Part shown: one piece after another, positions 18,668 through 29,080 of the stretch | How the letters are laid out: each line of letters opens with the position of its first letter | How positions within the stretch are numbered: position 1 is the first letter of the stretch | Source: Blastocatellia bacterium | GTDB lineage: Bacteria > Acidobacteriota > Blastocatellia > UBA7656 | Length of the DNA stretch: 64,000 bases | Reading direction: 5' to 3' | Assembly: GCA_035258805.1 (NCBI GenBank) | Contig: DATFWY010000003.1 | Coordinates: 18,839-82,838 of the forward strand | Notes under the pieces: generated by a model | What the model was told of the DNA's origin: nothing | Seen by the model: only the letters and a program-made list of their open reading frames with translations | Databases searched by the model: none | Made by a program: the position numbers and the translations under genes

Positions 18668-20461
18668 TCATCGTGAAACCTCGAGTGTTCGCCTTAGAGG
18701 TCGAGCGTCGCCTTCCCGCTTCGAGAACCTTGAGACCGAACTTCTTGAACCGTGCTCATTCGTCAGCTTCTCGAGAAACATATAAAGGGCAGGATCAGTC
18801 GCCCGGAGCTCACTCCTTGTGTGCCTCCCTGTAACTCCTGCCAACGGTCTCTTCCCTTCCGAAATAAACGCTTCATAACCCTGCGCAAAGTACTCGTGCT
18901 CATTAGCCGCGGCGTAATAGTCCAAAAAGCGCCCGTCGCGCCGCGCTCGTTCGTAGAGAACCTGGATCTCCCGGCTCTCGCCTTTTCCAAACGCGACCAG
19001 GTGAACCTGATGCGCGAACTCGTGCGCGATTGTGTTGAAGCCACCGTTAGAAACCTGGTCAAGATACTCAATGCCCGACACGGTAACACGTCCCCCGACT
19101 CCTCGGAGGCTGGCATAATACCGCCCATCGAACGTCCTTTCTGACGCGAGTCCCGCCAGCGCTTGCAAATCACCAGGGCGTTGATCAAATGCAAGCAGAT
19201 AATGCCGCGCTTTAGCCTGCGCGAGTTTCGGCAGATAGACTGACAAACCTGCGACGGACGCATCGATGATCGTTCTTTGTCGAGGGGTCAAAAGATCGTA
19301 CTCGGGAAAAATCTCGCGAGTGATCGCGTAGGCGGCCGGCACGGGACGGCTGCTAAATAAAGTTGCAAAATCTGCCGCACCGATCTCGATACGCGATCGC
19401 TCGTTCATGCCACGATGCGCGCAACTCAACTCGAGGTGAGCAACAGCGCCATCCGGATCAACTGCGATCGCCTGGGTAGCTATAGAGGCGGCTCGCTCAA
19501 AATTCGCTTGCCTTAACGCGATATCGGCAAGCCCGATCAACGCACGGTAATATCGCGGCTCCAATTTGAGCGCCGACAACAACTCTTGTGATGACTGATC
19601 AAGCTTTCCTTCCTGCTTCAGCGCCTTGCCCTTAACAAAATGTATGCGCGCTTCCTCAGTTACCTTTTGCTCATACCCGTACTGACCATCAAGGTACTGC
19701 GACAGGATGCGACGCGCCGCAAAGTTGAAGGGATCGAGCGTGACTACACGACGGGCTAACGATCTGGATTCGTCGGCTTTTCCTCCAATGGACTTTGCGT
19801 AAGCGAGTACGAGGAGAGCTTCTACATTGTAGGGATCCAAATCAATCGCGCAAGCGGCGGCTTCAGCTGCTTCAGTCTCTTTGTGGCTGTCAAGGAGGAC
19901 GCGAGCAAGCAGGGCGTTGGCCGAACCATCGTCCTGGTTACGACTCAGCCAGTCGCGAAGCAAACGCACAGCGCGGGCGTACTCGTGTTGGAGCAGATCA
20001 ACCGCTGCGAGTCCGACAATTGACGCCCTCGTCTCGGAGATTGCGCGGGCACGCTCGAAGTATCCTCTTGCGCGCTGCGGCTCTTCAACGGCCAGGTAAA
20101 GCGAACCATATTCACAAAAGAGAGAGGCCGAATTGGGATGATCGGTCGCGGCATTCTCGAGTAACTTCAACGACTGCGAATACTGAAGCCGAACGCGTGC
20201 GATGTGAGCCAGACCTAACTTGGCATCGAGGTTTGCCGGCTCCAGTCGAGCGGCTTCAAGAAAGGCATCGCCGGCAGCCTCGAGTTCCCACTTGCGACGT
20301 AGTTCCTCTCCTCGCCGGAGAGCGTCGCTGACCATCTTCGATCGCAATTCGACCGGGCTTGCTTCAGAGTAAGCTAAGCCGATTGTAGTGGCTCTCTGCA
20401 TCACGATGATGCAGAGAGCCGCGGAGCAGAGCAAACGTAAAGTTTTATTGTTTTTTTTCAT
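18668..20461 (-). CDS. Secreted TPR-repeat protein with a C-terminal zincin-like (HExxH) metallopeptidase-like domain
   Basis: There is a signal peptide and multiple TPR-like repeats. The C-terminus has NGGFNTIAHEFAHQVHL (HExxH) followed by ANEHEYFAQGYEAF, a possible third-ligand Glu. Confidence 0.5.
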   Translation of the reverse strand: MKKNNKTLRLLCSAALCIIVMQRATTIGLAYSEASPVELRSKMVSDALRRGEELRRKWELEAAGDAFLEAARLEPANLDAKLGLAHIARVRLQYSQSLKLLENAATDHPNSASLFCEYGSLYLAVEEPQRARGYFERARAISETRASIVGLAAVDLLQHEYARAVRLLRDWLSRNQDDGSANALLARVLLDSHKETEAAEAAACAIDLDPYNVEALLVLAYAKSIGGKADESRSLARRVVTLDPFNFAARRILSQYLDGQYGYEQKVTEEARIHFVKGKALKQEGKLDQSSQELLSALKLEPRYYRALIGLADIALRQANFERAASIATQAIAVDPDGAVAHLELSCAHRGMNERSRIEIGAADFATLFSSRPVPAAYAITREIFPEYDLLTPRQRTIIDASVAGLSVYLPKLAQAKARHYLLAFDQRPGDLQALAGLASERTFDGRYYASLRGVGGRVTVSGIEYLDQVSNGGFNTIAHEFAHQVHLVAFGKGESREIQVLYERARRDGRFLDYYAAANEHEYFAQGYEAFISEGKRPLAGVTGRHTRSELRATDPALYMFLEKLTNEHGSRSSVSRFSKREGDARPLRRTLEVSR

Positions 20462-20549
20462 CAGACTGCCATCGCAGACCTTCGCTAGCTTTGCGGATCT
20501 TTGCGTCCCTTAGAAACACGCCGAGGCCGCACGCGGCACGGTTCGTCGC

Positions 20550-21113
20550 TTACGCAGGCGGCTTAAGTCCGACCTCCGGAGCTACCTCGCGTAGCGATGC
20601 GATGATGAAGTCGATATGCTCGCCAAGGTCAACGGCCAACTCCTCAGCGCCTTCATAGACTTCATCGCGATTGACCGTTCGCGCGAACGCCTTGTCCTTG
20701 AGCTTCTTCTTAACCGACTTTGATTCGAGATCCCAGATGCCGTTTGGACGAACCAGCGCACACGCTACGACGAATCCCGTCAGCTCGTCGCAGGCGTAGA
20801 GAGCGCGCGCGAGCAGCGTATCGCGCGGTACGCCTGTGTAATTTGCGTGACCCAGGATGGCCCTTCGTATCTCTTCGCTGTATCCCTGCTCGCTCAGAAT
20901 CTCGGAACCCTTAACCGGATGATCAGGAGGATTTGGATACATTTCATAGTCAAAATCGTGAAGCATGCCGACGATGCCCCAGATATCCTCCTGTTCGCCG
21001 AGCCGTCGGGCATATGCTCTCATAACAGCCTCAACCGCCAGCGCGTGCTTTCGCAGGGATTCGCTTTTTGTGTACAGGCAAAGCAGGTTCCACGCATCAT
21101 CTCTTGTGTGCAT
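20550..21113 (-). CDS. HD/HDIG-domain phosphohydrolase
   Basis: LRKHALAVEAVMRAYARRLGE...WGIVGMLHDFDYEMYP...HPVKGSEIL...ILGHANYTG has the His..HD..H..D pattern of the HD superfamily. Confidence 0.75.
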   Translation of the reverse strand: MHTRDDAWNLLCLYTKSESLRKHALAVEAVMRAYARRLGEQEDIWGIVGMLHDFDYEMYPNPPDHPVKGSEILSEQGYSEEIRRAILGHANYTGVPRDTLLARALYACDELTGFVVACALVRPNGIWDLESKSVKKKLKDKAFARTVNRDEVYEGAEELAVDLGEHIDFIIASLREVAPEVGLKPPA

Positions 21114-21152
21114 AAGGAATGAAGATACAGGTTCTCGCGAAAGTCGCCAAGA

Positions 21153-21278
21153 TGGGGGTTGGGGTTGGGGGGTTGGGGCTAGCAGGACAAATGAAACGAA
21201 TAGGACGAATTGGCCTTATTGGTCCTATTGGTCCTATTGGTCCTTTGGTCCTATAACCCAGCCCCAATCCCCAACCCC
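21153..21278. repeat. Inverted G-rich/C-rich arms enclosing an (A)TTGGTCCT x4 tandem repeat, in the HD-marR divergent region
   Basis: The plus strand reads GGGGGTTGGGGTTGGGGGGTTGGGG at 21153-21177. The minus strand reads the mirror CCCC tract at 21258-21278. Between them ATTGGTCCT repeats four times. Confidence 0.8.
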
Positions 21279-21291
21279 TACTAGAAAACAG

Positions 21292-21323
21292 TTGACATCA
21301 TAATAGTTCATATGTAAACTATT
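21292..21323 (+). promoter_or_regulatory. Putative sigma70-type promoter (TTGACA-N17-TAAACT) overlapping a perfect 7-bp inverted repeat AATAGTT-N8-AACTATT, a candidate MarR operator
   Basis: TTGACA is at 21292-21297. The inverted repeat spans 21302-21323, 22 bp upstream of the marR ATG at 21345. Confidence 0.45.
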
Positions 21324-21344
21324 ATCTCGTGGGGGGAAGTGTTG

Positions 21345-21821
21345 ATGAAATTGCACCATGAATTGAAGCTCAAGCAGCCGCTGGCGAGCGTCAACCACGA
21401 GGCCTTGCTGAGCCTCGTGCGAACCTCTTCACTTATGCAGAAACTTTCGGATCGTTTCTTTTCACGGTTCGGCTTGACTGACGTTCAGTTCAATATCCTA
21501 ATGATTCTTAAGGAACATGGCGCCGCCGGTCTCAGCCAGCAGGAACTCAGCGAACATCTCATCGTCACCAAGTCGAACGTCGTCGGACTGATAGATCGAC
21601 TCGAACGCAGCGGCTACGTCAAACGAATGTCTCACCCGTCTGACAGACGCTTCAATCAAATCGTGCTCACCGCAGCCGGCGAAAAACTTGAGCTAAAAAT
21701 AGAAGAACTTTATTTCACCGAAGTTGACAAGATGATGAACGCCCTCAGCGGTCCGCAAAAGAAGGCGGTAATCCAGGCGATGGAGAGGATTCGGCAGTAC
21801 ATCATCAACAGCGAACTGTGA
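21345..21821 (+). CDS. MarR-family transcriptional regulator
   Basis: The winged-helix signature is LSQQELSEHLIVTKSNVVGLIDRLERSGYVKRMSHPSDRRFNQIVLTAAGEKL. ATG at 21345 has GGGGGGAAG upstream. Confidence 0.8.
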   Translation: MKLHHELKLKQPLASVNHEALLSLVRTSSLMQKLSDRFFSRFGLTDVQFNILMILKEHGAAGLSQQELSEHLIVTKSNVVGLIDRLERSGYVKRMSHPSDRRFNQIVLTAAGEKLELKIEELYFTEVDKMMNALSGPQKKAVIQAMERIRQYIINSEL

Positions 21822-21929
21822 GCCCTTGCAACCGCAACCGCCTTCCCCTCATCTATAGCCGCACGCGCGCTGTTGACCGGGCGAAGGTTCAAGGGTAGCG
21901 AATGTGCTCGACCCTAAACGGAGGCCTTT

Positions 21930-24900
21930 ATGGCTGAAGACAGTACCTCACCCGATAAACTCAAGCAGCTCGACGACCGACTGAATTATCTCGAGTCAGT
22001 AGCGCGCGAGACCGTAGCTCGCCTTTACGCAGTCGAAAAGCATCTGGGACTGGTGTTTAAGGCGGTACCAAAACATCTCGACCAGCCAGCTCCAGTAGAT
22101 CAGCAAACACGAGATTCAAGGCTTCGCGCCGTGGAAGATGCTCTCAAGGGTGTTCCTCCCATCGCAACGCAACCGAGGCCACCCGCTGAAGAAATCAACC
22201 AAAAGCAGCCGCCTCTGGACAAGCCAACTTCCATGGAGCCTTCATCTCCGGAGCCACCTCCAGCCAAGCCGGTTGTCGATGAATCAGTAAGCAAGATCCC
22301 CGCTGTCGCGCCGCCGACTGCTGATCAACCGGCCGACAAAGGACCGGCTACAGTTGCACCGTCGCCAACCGCACCGCCATTCATTGCACCGCAGACTCCT
22401 CCCGAGAAAAAGGTGCCTGGAGCGCCGGTGCCGCAGGGCTCTCCATCTCACATGCCGACGGCTCGCCCGGCCGCGCCGTCGATCGCACCCAGTGCTTTCG
22501 CACGCCGGGGGGATCTCGAAGCTCGCATCGGAGGCAACTGGTTCAATCGCATCGGCATCATCGCGATTTTTCTCGGCGTAACTTTTTTCCTGAAATATGC
22601 GGTCGACCGTGAGTGGATCGGTCCAGCAGGTCGAGTTCTTATCGGCGTTGCGGTTGGACTTGCGTTCCTCGCCCTCGGCGAGCGTCTACGAAAACGCTAT
22701 GCGAGCTATGCCTATGGACTAACGGGAGGCGGCATAGCCATTTTGTATGCCGCAATATGGTTCGCATCTGGAAAGAGATACGACCTGCTTTCTCAACCGG
22801 TGGCCTTCGGGTTGATGGCGCTGGTAACAGCTACGGCATCGTTGCTGTCCGCTCGTTACAACGCGTTAGCTATTGCCGTCCTTGGACTCATCGGAGGATT
22901 TCTGACGCCGATTCTTCTGTCGACCGGCGTCGATAATGAAGCCGCGCTGTTCACCTACATCGCTCTCCTGGATCTTGGCGTCCTCGCATTAGCCTATTCG
23001 AAGCAATGGCGCAGCCTGAACTACATGGCGTTCATCTCTACAGTGTTGATGTTCGCTGCGTGGATGTTGGAGTGGTATACGTCCGAAAAATTGTGGACCA
23101 CAATGCTGTTCCTCACAATTCTGTTCGCGATCTTCGCGCTGCTCGCGGTGCTTTACAACGTCGTCAATCGGCGCCCAACGGGGTGGCTCGATCTGGCGAT
23201 GGTTTTCTCAAACGCGCTTCTGTACTTCGGCACCAGTTATGAACTGCTGGATGATCAGCATCACGGCATGCTCGGGCTCTTTGCATTGCTTATTTCGGCG
23301 TTCTATATGGGTCTGGGCTATTTCACCTACAGTCGTGATCGTGATGACAACCTGCTTATCCTGACTTTTCTCGGTCTCTCGTTCCTGTTTGCGGTTCTGG
23401 CGGTACCAATCCAGTTCGATCAGCACTGGGTAACTATGGGATGGGCGATCGAAGGCGCGGTAATGAGCTGGATAGGCTTGCGCGCGAACGATCGGACGTC
23501 GAGGAATGCGGCGCTGGTTGTGTTTGGTATCGCGATCGCGCACTGGTTCTACGTCGATATGCGTGAGTTCGCTTACCATGCAAATGAAACCTTCATTCCG
23601 CTCTGGAACCGCCGCGCGCTATCCACGGGCGTGCTGGTTACGGCGTTGGCAACGGCTGCCTGGTTTTACAAGAAAACCAAATCCAATATTGCGGATGATG
23701 AGCGCTCGATGTTCAGCGGGCTATACCTGTTGGCTGCAAACACCATGGCAGTGATCCTGTTGAGCCTCGACGCAAATGACTACTTCAATCAGAAGAAGGC
23801 TGGACTACCGCGGGCAGGCAATGAGAGAGATCAACTCAACAATCAGCACTACTTTACGATTTCTGCGCTTTGGTCGATCTACGGTGCAGCAGCGCTGATC
23901 GTAGGCATCAAACGCAGGTTAAAGCTGATTCGAGTAGCGGCTATGCTCCTGCTAGCGGCAGCGATCATTCTGGTACTGGCTCTGAACCTGTCGTACTACA
24001 GCGCGCCGTGGCACACGATCGCGTTTAATCAAACCTTTGGATCATTCGCTCTGCTTGTAGGAGCATTGTCCAGCGGAGCCTGGTTCTATGCAAAAGACAA
24101 GAATATCGATCCTCAGGAGCGGACGGCTGCTCTCGGTGGATTGATTATCGCAGCGAATTTGCTCGCGATTGTGGCTCTCAGTGCTGAAGCGCTGGGCCAC
24201 TTCGATCGCGCGCAAGCGATCGCAAAGGGCGAGCTAGTAGCGCAGCTTGAGAATTCCAAGCAACTTGCGTTGACAGCCGTATGGACGATTTTTGCGACAA
24301 CCGGATTGATAATTGGAATCCGCCGCCGCTCACAGGCTGTTCGCACAGGATCCTTGCTTCTCCTTGCGCTTGCCATTGCCAAGGTAAGCGCGATCGATTC
24401 GCAGTACTACGCCGCAAGCTGGCACAGCTTACTGATTAATCCCACGTTTGGAGCTTTTGCTCTGCTGATTATTTCGTTGGCAATTGGTGCATGGCTCTAT
24501 GCGCGGGCTGATCAAATCGGCACTAAAGAACGATCGTCAGTCATCCCGTTGTTAGCAGGTGTATCAGTTTTGCTCTCGGTTATTGCGCTGAGCGCCGAGG
24601 CCCTGGGCTATTATGATCGTGCCCAAACGCTTGCCAGCGGAGAGTTTTTCCGACAGCTCGAAAACACAAAACAACTGGCACTGTCCGCAGTTTGGATCGT
24701 ATTTGGCGTAACGGTCCTGATCTTAGGAATCCGTCGCGGGCTAAAGTCTCTGCGGATAGGCGCGTTGATTCTACTTGCTCTTGCGACCGCAAAAGCAGTT
24801 TTCGTCGACCTCGGTTACTACAATGCCGGCTGGCACAATGTGCTCCTGAACCCGACCTTCGCCGTTTTTGCGCTGCTCATTATCGCTCTCGCAGCTGGCG

Positions 24901-25790
24901 TGAGGTTCTATGCTCGATCGGCACAGATTTCGGAGAGCGAGCGTACGAAGATGGTTCCGCTTCTTCTTGGCGCTGCCAACCTGCTGGCAGTTGTTTCTCT
25001 GAGCGCTGAAGCGATGGGTTATTTCTTCCGGGCAAGAGCACAGCTCAACGTCTCGCAGCTTGACGAATTCTATCGAGCAAACAACAACGAGCAATTTGCC
25101 CTTTCTGCAATTTGGGCAATCTACGGCGCGGCGGCGTTGGCAATTGCGACGTTCCGAGGGCGAAAGTCTGTTCGTTGGGGCGCGCTGATACTTTTAGTTA
25201 TCGCAACTGCAAAGGTGCTCGCAATCGATACCCACTTCTACGATTCGGCATTCCATACGCTTGTGTTCAATCAGACATTTGGTGCATTTGCGCTTCTGAT
25301 TGCGGCACTGTCTTGTGGGATCTGGGCCTATTCGAAATCCGAAACATTGGATGATCGCGAACGCTCAAGGCTGCTGCCGATTCTGGTAACTGCCGCGAAC
25401 CTGCTCGCTATCATTGCTTTGAGTCTGGAAGCTCTCGGCCACTATACAGTACTGATGCGCGTACCTGGGCTTGAGCCGAATCGCCTCGCCGATCTAAAGC
25501 TCGCTCAACAACTTTCGATTTCGGTGGTATGGACTGTCTATGGCGGCGGTATGCTCACATTCGGTATAGCGCGCCGAAGCCGATTGCTCAGGCTGATGGG
25601 ATTGTTGCTGCTTTGTCTGACGATCTTCAAGGTGTTCCTGTTTGATCTGTCATCGCTGGAGAGACTCTATCGGATCATTTCGTTTATCGTGTTGGGCTTG
25701 ATTCTGCTCGCAGTATCTTTCCTCTACCAAAGATATCGTCAAAGGGTTGCGGAACTGATCGGCGACGATATGGAAGCTCCTGCTGGCTGA
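21930..25790 (+). CDS. Giant polytopic membrane protein (1286 aa), DUF2339-like, with five internal tandem ~135-aa repeats
   Basis: The N-terminus has a coiled coil and then a ~200-aa Pro/Ala-rich low-complexity region. About 30 predicted TM helices follow. Five repeats each begin ER(S/T)...LLA.NLLAIVALSAEALGHFDRAQ...WHxxLxNPTFGAFALL. GGAGG lies 6 nt upstream of the ATG. Confidence 0.5.
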   Translation: MAEDSTSPDKLKQLDDRLNYLESVARETVARLYAVEKHLGLVFKAVPKHLDQPAPVDQQTRDSRLRAVEDALKGVPPIATQPRPPAEEINQKQPPLDKPTSMEPSSPEPPPAKPVVDESVSKIPAVAPPTADQPADKGPATVAPSPTAPPFIAPQTPPEKKVPGAPVPQGSPSHMPTARPAAPSIAPSAFARRGDLEARIGGNWFNRIGIIAIFLGVTFFLKYAVDREWIGPAGRVLIGVAVGLAFLALGERLRKRYASYAYGLTGGGIAILYAAIWFASGKRYDLLSQPVAFGLMALVTATASLLSARYNALAIAVLGLIGGFLTPILLSTGVDNEAALFTYIALLDLGVLALAYSKQWRSLNYMAFISTVLMFAAWMLEWYTSEKLWTTMLFLTILFAIFALLAVLYNVVNRRPTGWLDLAMVFSNALLYFGTSYELLDDQHHGMLGLFALLISAFYMGLGYFTYSRDRDDNLLILTFLGLSFLFAVLAVPIQFDQHWVTMGWAIEGAVMSWIGLRANDRTSRNAALVVFGIAIAHWFYVDMREFAYHANETFIPLWNRRALSTGVLVTALATAAWFYKKTKSNIADDERSMFSGLYLLAANTMAVILLSLDANDYFNQKKAGLPRAGNERDQLNNQHYFTISALWSIYGAAALIVGIKRRLKLIRVAAMLLLAAAIILVLALNLSYYSAPWHTIAFNQTFGSFALLVGALSSGAWFYAKDKNIDPQERTAALGGLIIAANLLAIVALSAEALGHFDRAQAIAKGELVAQLENSKQLALTAVWTIFATTGLIIGIRRRSQAVRTGSLLLLALAIAKVSAIDSQYYAASWHSLLINPTFGAFALLIISLAIGAWLYARADQIGTKERSSVIPLLAGVSVLLSVIALSAEALGYYDRAQTLASGEFFRQLENTKQLALSAVWIVFGVTVLILGIRRGLKSLRIGALILLALATAKAVFVDLGYYNAGWHNVLLNPTFAVFALLIIALAAGVRFYARSAQISESERTKMVPLLLGAANLLAVVSLSAEAMGYFFRARAQLNVSQLDEFYRANNNEQFALSAIWAIYGAAALAIATFRGRKSVRWGALILLVIATAKVLAIDTHFYDSAFHTLVFNQTFGAFALLIAALSCGIWAYSKSETLDDRERSRLLPILVTAANLLAIIALSLEALGHYTVLMRVPGLEPNRLADLKLAQQLSISVVWTVYGGGMLTFGIARRSRLLRLMGLLLLCLTIFKVFLFDLSSLERLYRIISFIVLGLILLAVSFLYQRYRQRVAELIGDDMEAPAG

Positions 25791-25799
25791 GTGGGAGAA

Positions 25800-25910
25800 G
25801 CAGAAGACAGAAGGCAGAAAGCAGTAGGCAGTCGCCAGAAGGCAGAAACGGCATCACGAAGCGTACCGCTTTCAGCTTTCTGCCTACTGCCTTCTGCTTA
25901 CTGCCCGCTA
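25800..25910. terminator. Imperfect palindromic region between the convergent DUF2339-like gene and acnA
   Basis: The words GGCAGAAAGC/GCTTTCTGCC and AGTAGGCAG/CTGCCTACT occur in inverted orientation. It is a likely bidirectional terminator. Confidence 0.45.
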
Positions 25911-28771
25911 ATCAACTGCCTCAAGACGTAAGGCAGAATGCCACCATGCAAGTAATAATCAACTTCAATAGGAGTGTCGATGCGTAGTATCACCGGAACG
26001 GTTTCGCTCTTTCCATCCTCGCGATGAATTGTCAACGTAAGCTCCTGGCGAGGCGTAATTCCGCCTTGAAACCCGGTCAGATCAAACGTCTCTGTTCCGT
26101 TCAGTTTCAGCGACTGAGCGCTTGCGCCGTCTTTAAATTGACACGGCAGCACGCCCATACCCACCAGATTCGATCGATGAATGCGCTCAAAGCTCTGAGC
26201 AATAACCGCACCTACGCCCAGCAAACGAGTTCCCTTTGCCGCCCAATCACGCGAGCTTCCAGTTCCATATTCTTGCCCCGCAAACACCATCAATGGTATG
26301 CGCTCCGCTTGATACTTCATCGACGCGTCGTAGATGCTCATTCTCTCGCCGTCAGGCTGATGAACAGTGACACCGCCTTCGACGCCGGGAACCATCAGAT
26401 TCTTGATCCGTACGTTTGCGAAGGTTCCACGAGTCATAACCCGATCATTTCCTCGACGCGCGCCGTAGCTGTTGAAATCCGCCACACTGACGCCTCTAGA
26501 CTGAAGATAGACGCCCGCTGGTGAAGTCGCTTTGATCGCCCCGGCTGGTGAAATGTGGTCAGTGGTAACCGAATCACCGAATATCGCCAGGGCTCGGGCG
26601 CCTTTGATCTCGCTCACTTCACCAGGCTCCATTGAGAAGCCCTCAAAATAAGGCGGCTCCTGAATGTAGGTCGACTCGGGATCCCATTTGTACACGTCGC
26701 CGGCGATTGATGGTATTTCGTTCCACAGCGGGTTACCTTCGATGAAGTTACTGTAGCGGCTTCTATAGGTATCCGCATCAAAAGCTGTTTGAAGATGCTG
26801 CTGAACTTCTGCCGCGCTCGGCCAGATGTCGTGAAGATAAACATCACCGCCATCTGTTCCTTTGCCGATCGGCTCTTCGCTGAGGTTTATGTCGACGCGT
26901 CCCGCAAGCGCAAACGCGACTACCAGAGGTGGGCTCATGAGGAAGTTGGCTTTTACGCTCTGATGGACTCGAGCTTCGAAGTTGCGATTCCCGCTGAGAA
27001 CGCTCGCCCCTACGAGATCATTCTTGCTGATAACTTCTTCGAGTCCCGGGTCGAGGGGACCGGAATTACCTATACACGTCGTGCAGCCGTAACCGACGAG
27101 ACTGAAGCCCAGCTCGTTCAAATAGCGCTGCAGTCCCGTCTTTTCGAGATAATCTGTTACCACTCGCGAACCGGGCGCAAGCGACGCTTTCACCACCGAA
27201 CGAATCTTCAGTCCCTTTTCTACAGCTTTCTTAGCCAGAAGTCCTGCCGCGAGCATTACGCTGGGGTTGGAGGTGTTAGTACATGACGTGATGGCCGCAA
27301 TCAAAACGTCACCGTGACCAACGTCTACTTTCGTACCCGGTGATACGGGTGCACGGAGCTCGGCGACGCGATCGGGAGTGGGACGATTGTTGATCATCTC
27401 GTATTCGGTGATCACGTTAGTATCTTTATCGGTGGTCGTGTCGAAGATTGCCATTGGCGCTGTCTCAGACTGCTGCTCTCCGCCGCCTGAATGCGCACCG
27501 TTGCCCCGAGATTTGATGGTCGCCTGGAATCGCTTCCCGATCTCGTCCCTAGTCTTGTTGTAGCCGTTCTCACCGATCGGTTTTTGGAGGAGCTCCGCAA
27601 ATTTGTTCTTCAGCTCGGGAAGCGAGATGCGATCCTGTGGCCGCTTTGGTCCTGAGACACTTGGTTCAACCGTCGACAGATCCAATTCGAGCAGCGTGCT
27701 GTAATCGCATTCGTTTTCGCGCGGGATCCCAAACATTCCCTGCGCGGTGAAGTAGCTTCTAATCAGATCGACCTGATCATCCGACCGGCCGGTCGCCTTG
27801 TAGTATTCACAGGTGGTCTCGTCGACTGGGAAGAAACCCATGGTTGCGCCGTACTCCGGAGACATATTGGCGATCGTTGCGCGATCGACGACCGACAAAC
27901 TCGCGGCTCCCTCACCGTGGTATTCGACAAACTTCCCTACCACCTTTGCCTTTCGCAGCATCTCGGTGATGGTTAAGACCAGGTCGGTCGCGGTCATGCC
28001 CTCACGCAAGCTGCCCGTCAAGTGAACGCCGACAACATCCGGGGTAAGAAAATAGACCGGTTGACCCAGCATTCCTGCTTCGGCTTCGATGCCGCCGACT
28101 CCCCACCCAACGACTCCCAATCCGTTAATCATCGTTGTGTGAGAATCGGTGCCCACAAGAGTATCCGGATAGTAGACCCCGTCCTTCTCCTGAACACCTT
28201 TCGCAAGGTACTCGAGATTGACCTGATGACATATGCCGATACCCGGCGGAACGACTTTGAAACTATCAAAAGCCTGCATGCCCCACTTAAGGAACTGGTA
28301 ACGAGCGCGGTTTCGCTTGAACTCCATCTCCATATTCAAGCGCAACGCATCCGGGACACTTGCAAAATCAACCTGCACCGAATGATCGACTACCAGATCG
28401 ACCGGCACCAGCGGTTCGACAATTTGTGGGCTCTTGTTCATGCGCGCGGCAGCCGAGCGCATCGACGCAAGGTCGACCAGCAGAGGGACGCCGGTGAAGT
28501 CCTGCAGCAGAATGCGCGCAACGGTAAACGGGATTTCTTCGGTGCGCGTTTCTCTAGGACGCCAATTCGCGAGCCTGCGTACGTTGTCTTCGGTTACGCG
28601 CTTGCCGTCAAAGTTGCGCAGGACAGATTCGAGGACAATGCGAATGCTTACCGGCAGTCTCGAGAGTGGGCCGACGCCCTGCCGCTCGAGTTCAGGTAGG
28701 GAATAGAAGCTTCCTGTTCGATTGCCGCTTATTGTGAAAGTCCGAAGAGAGTTTAGAAGACTATGGGCCAT
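25898..28771 (-). CDS. acnA: Aconitate hydratase A
   Basis: 957 aa. The N-terminus is [12 protein letters not shown]...[15 protein letters not shown]. The aconitase-family body is present, and the swivel domain has ...[15 protein letters not shown]. Confidence 0.9.
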   Translation of the reverse strand: MAHSLLNSLRTFTISGNRTGSFYSLPELERQGVGPLSRLPVSIRIVLESVLRNFDGKRVTEDNVRRLANWRPRETRTEEIPFTVARILLQDFTGVPLLVDLASMRSAAARMNKSPQIVEPLVPVDLVVDHSVQVDFASVPDALRLNMEMEFKRNRARYQFLKWGMQAFDSFKVVPPGIGICHQVNLEYLAKGVQEKDGVYYPDTLVGTDSHTTMINGLGVVGWGVGGIEAEAGMLGQPVYFLTPDVVGVHLTGSLREGMTATDLVLTITEMLRKAKVVGKFVEYHGEGAASLSVVDRATIANMSPEYGATMGFFPVDETTCEYYKATGRSDDQVDLIRSYFTAQGMFGIPRENECDYSTLLELDLSTVEPSVSGPKRPQDRISLPELKNKFAELLQKPIGENGYNKTRDEIGKRFQATIKSRGNGAHSGGGEQQSETAPMAIFDTTTDKDTNVITEYEMINNRPTPDRVAELRAPVSPGTKVDVGHGDVLIAAITSCTNTSNPSVMLAAGLLAKKAVEKGLKIRSVVKASLAPGSRVVTDYLEKTGLQRYLNELGFSLVGYGCTTCIGNSGPLDPGLEEVISKNDLVGASVLSGNRNFEARVHQSVKANFLMSPPLVVAFALAGRVDINLSEEPIGKGTDGGDVYLHDIWPSAAEVQQHLQTAFDADTYRSRYSNFIEGNPLWNEIPSIAGDVYKWDPESTYIQEPPYFEGFSMEPGEVSEIKGARALAIFGDSVTTDHISPAGAIKATSPAGVYLQSRGVSVADFNSYGARRGNDRVMTRGTFANVRIKNLMVPGVEGGVTVHQPDGERMSIYDASMKYQAERIPLMVFAGQEYGTGSSRDWAAKGTRLLGVGAVIAQSFERIHRSNLVGMGVLPCQFKDGASAQSLKLNGTETFDLTGFQGGITPRQELTLTIHREDGKSETVPVILRIDTPIEVDYYLHGGILPYVLRQLISGQ

Positions 28772-28890
28772 ACTTTATTCAGCTCCCAACGTGACGCGTG
28801 GTGCAGTTGCGTGAGGTCTCGGGCTGCGGCTTGTGACCGCGAAAACTTAATGTTCAGTTTAAGGAGAGGTATGTAGGATCGTCAAGGAAA

Positions 28891-29080
28891 CAGTGGTCAG
28901 TAGGCAGTACGCAGTAGGGCGGTCAGTAGTCAGCAATCTTTTATCTGTGTAATCTGCGTAATCTGCGGATAAATTCACTTGAAAGCCCACTGACTACGGA
29001 CTACGGATAACGGACTACGGATAACGGACTACGGACCAATGACTACTGACTACGAACCACTGCCTACTTCCTTCTGCTTA
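28891..29080. repeat. Complex imperfect palindrome in the acnA upstream region
   Basis: The arms are CAGTGGTCAGTAGGCAGTA and TACTGACTACGAACCACTG. The core has GTAATCTGCGTAATCTGCGGAT plus tandem ACGGACTACGGATA x3. Confidence 0.7.

Noticed and set aside
21180-21250. Short tandem repeats (ATTGGTCCT x4) and, at 28990-29030, ACGGACTACGGATA x3, as possible CRISPR arrays
   Set aside because: The units are 9-14 bp and contiguous with no spacers. There are no cas genes in the window. They are simple tandem repeats.
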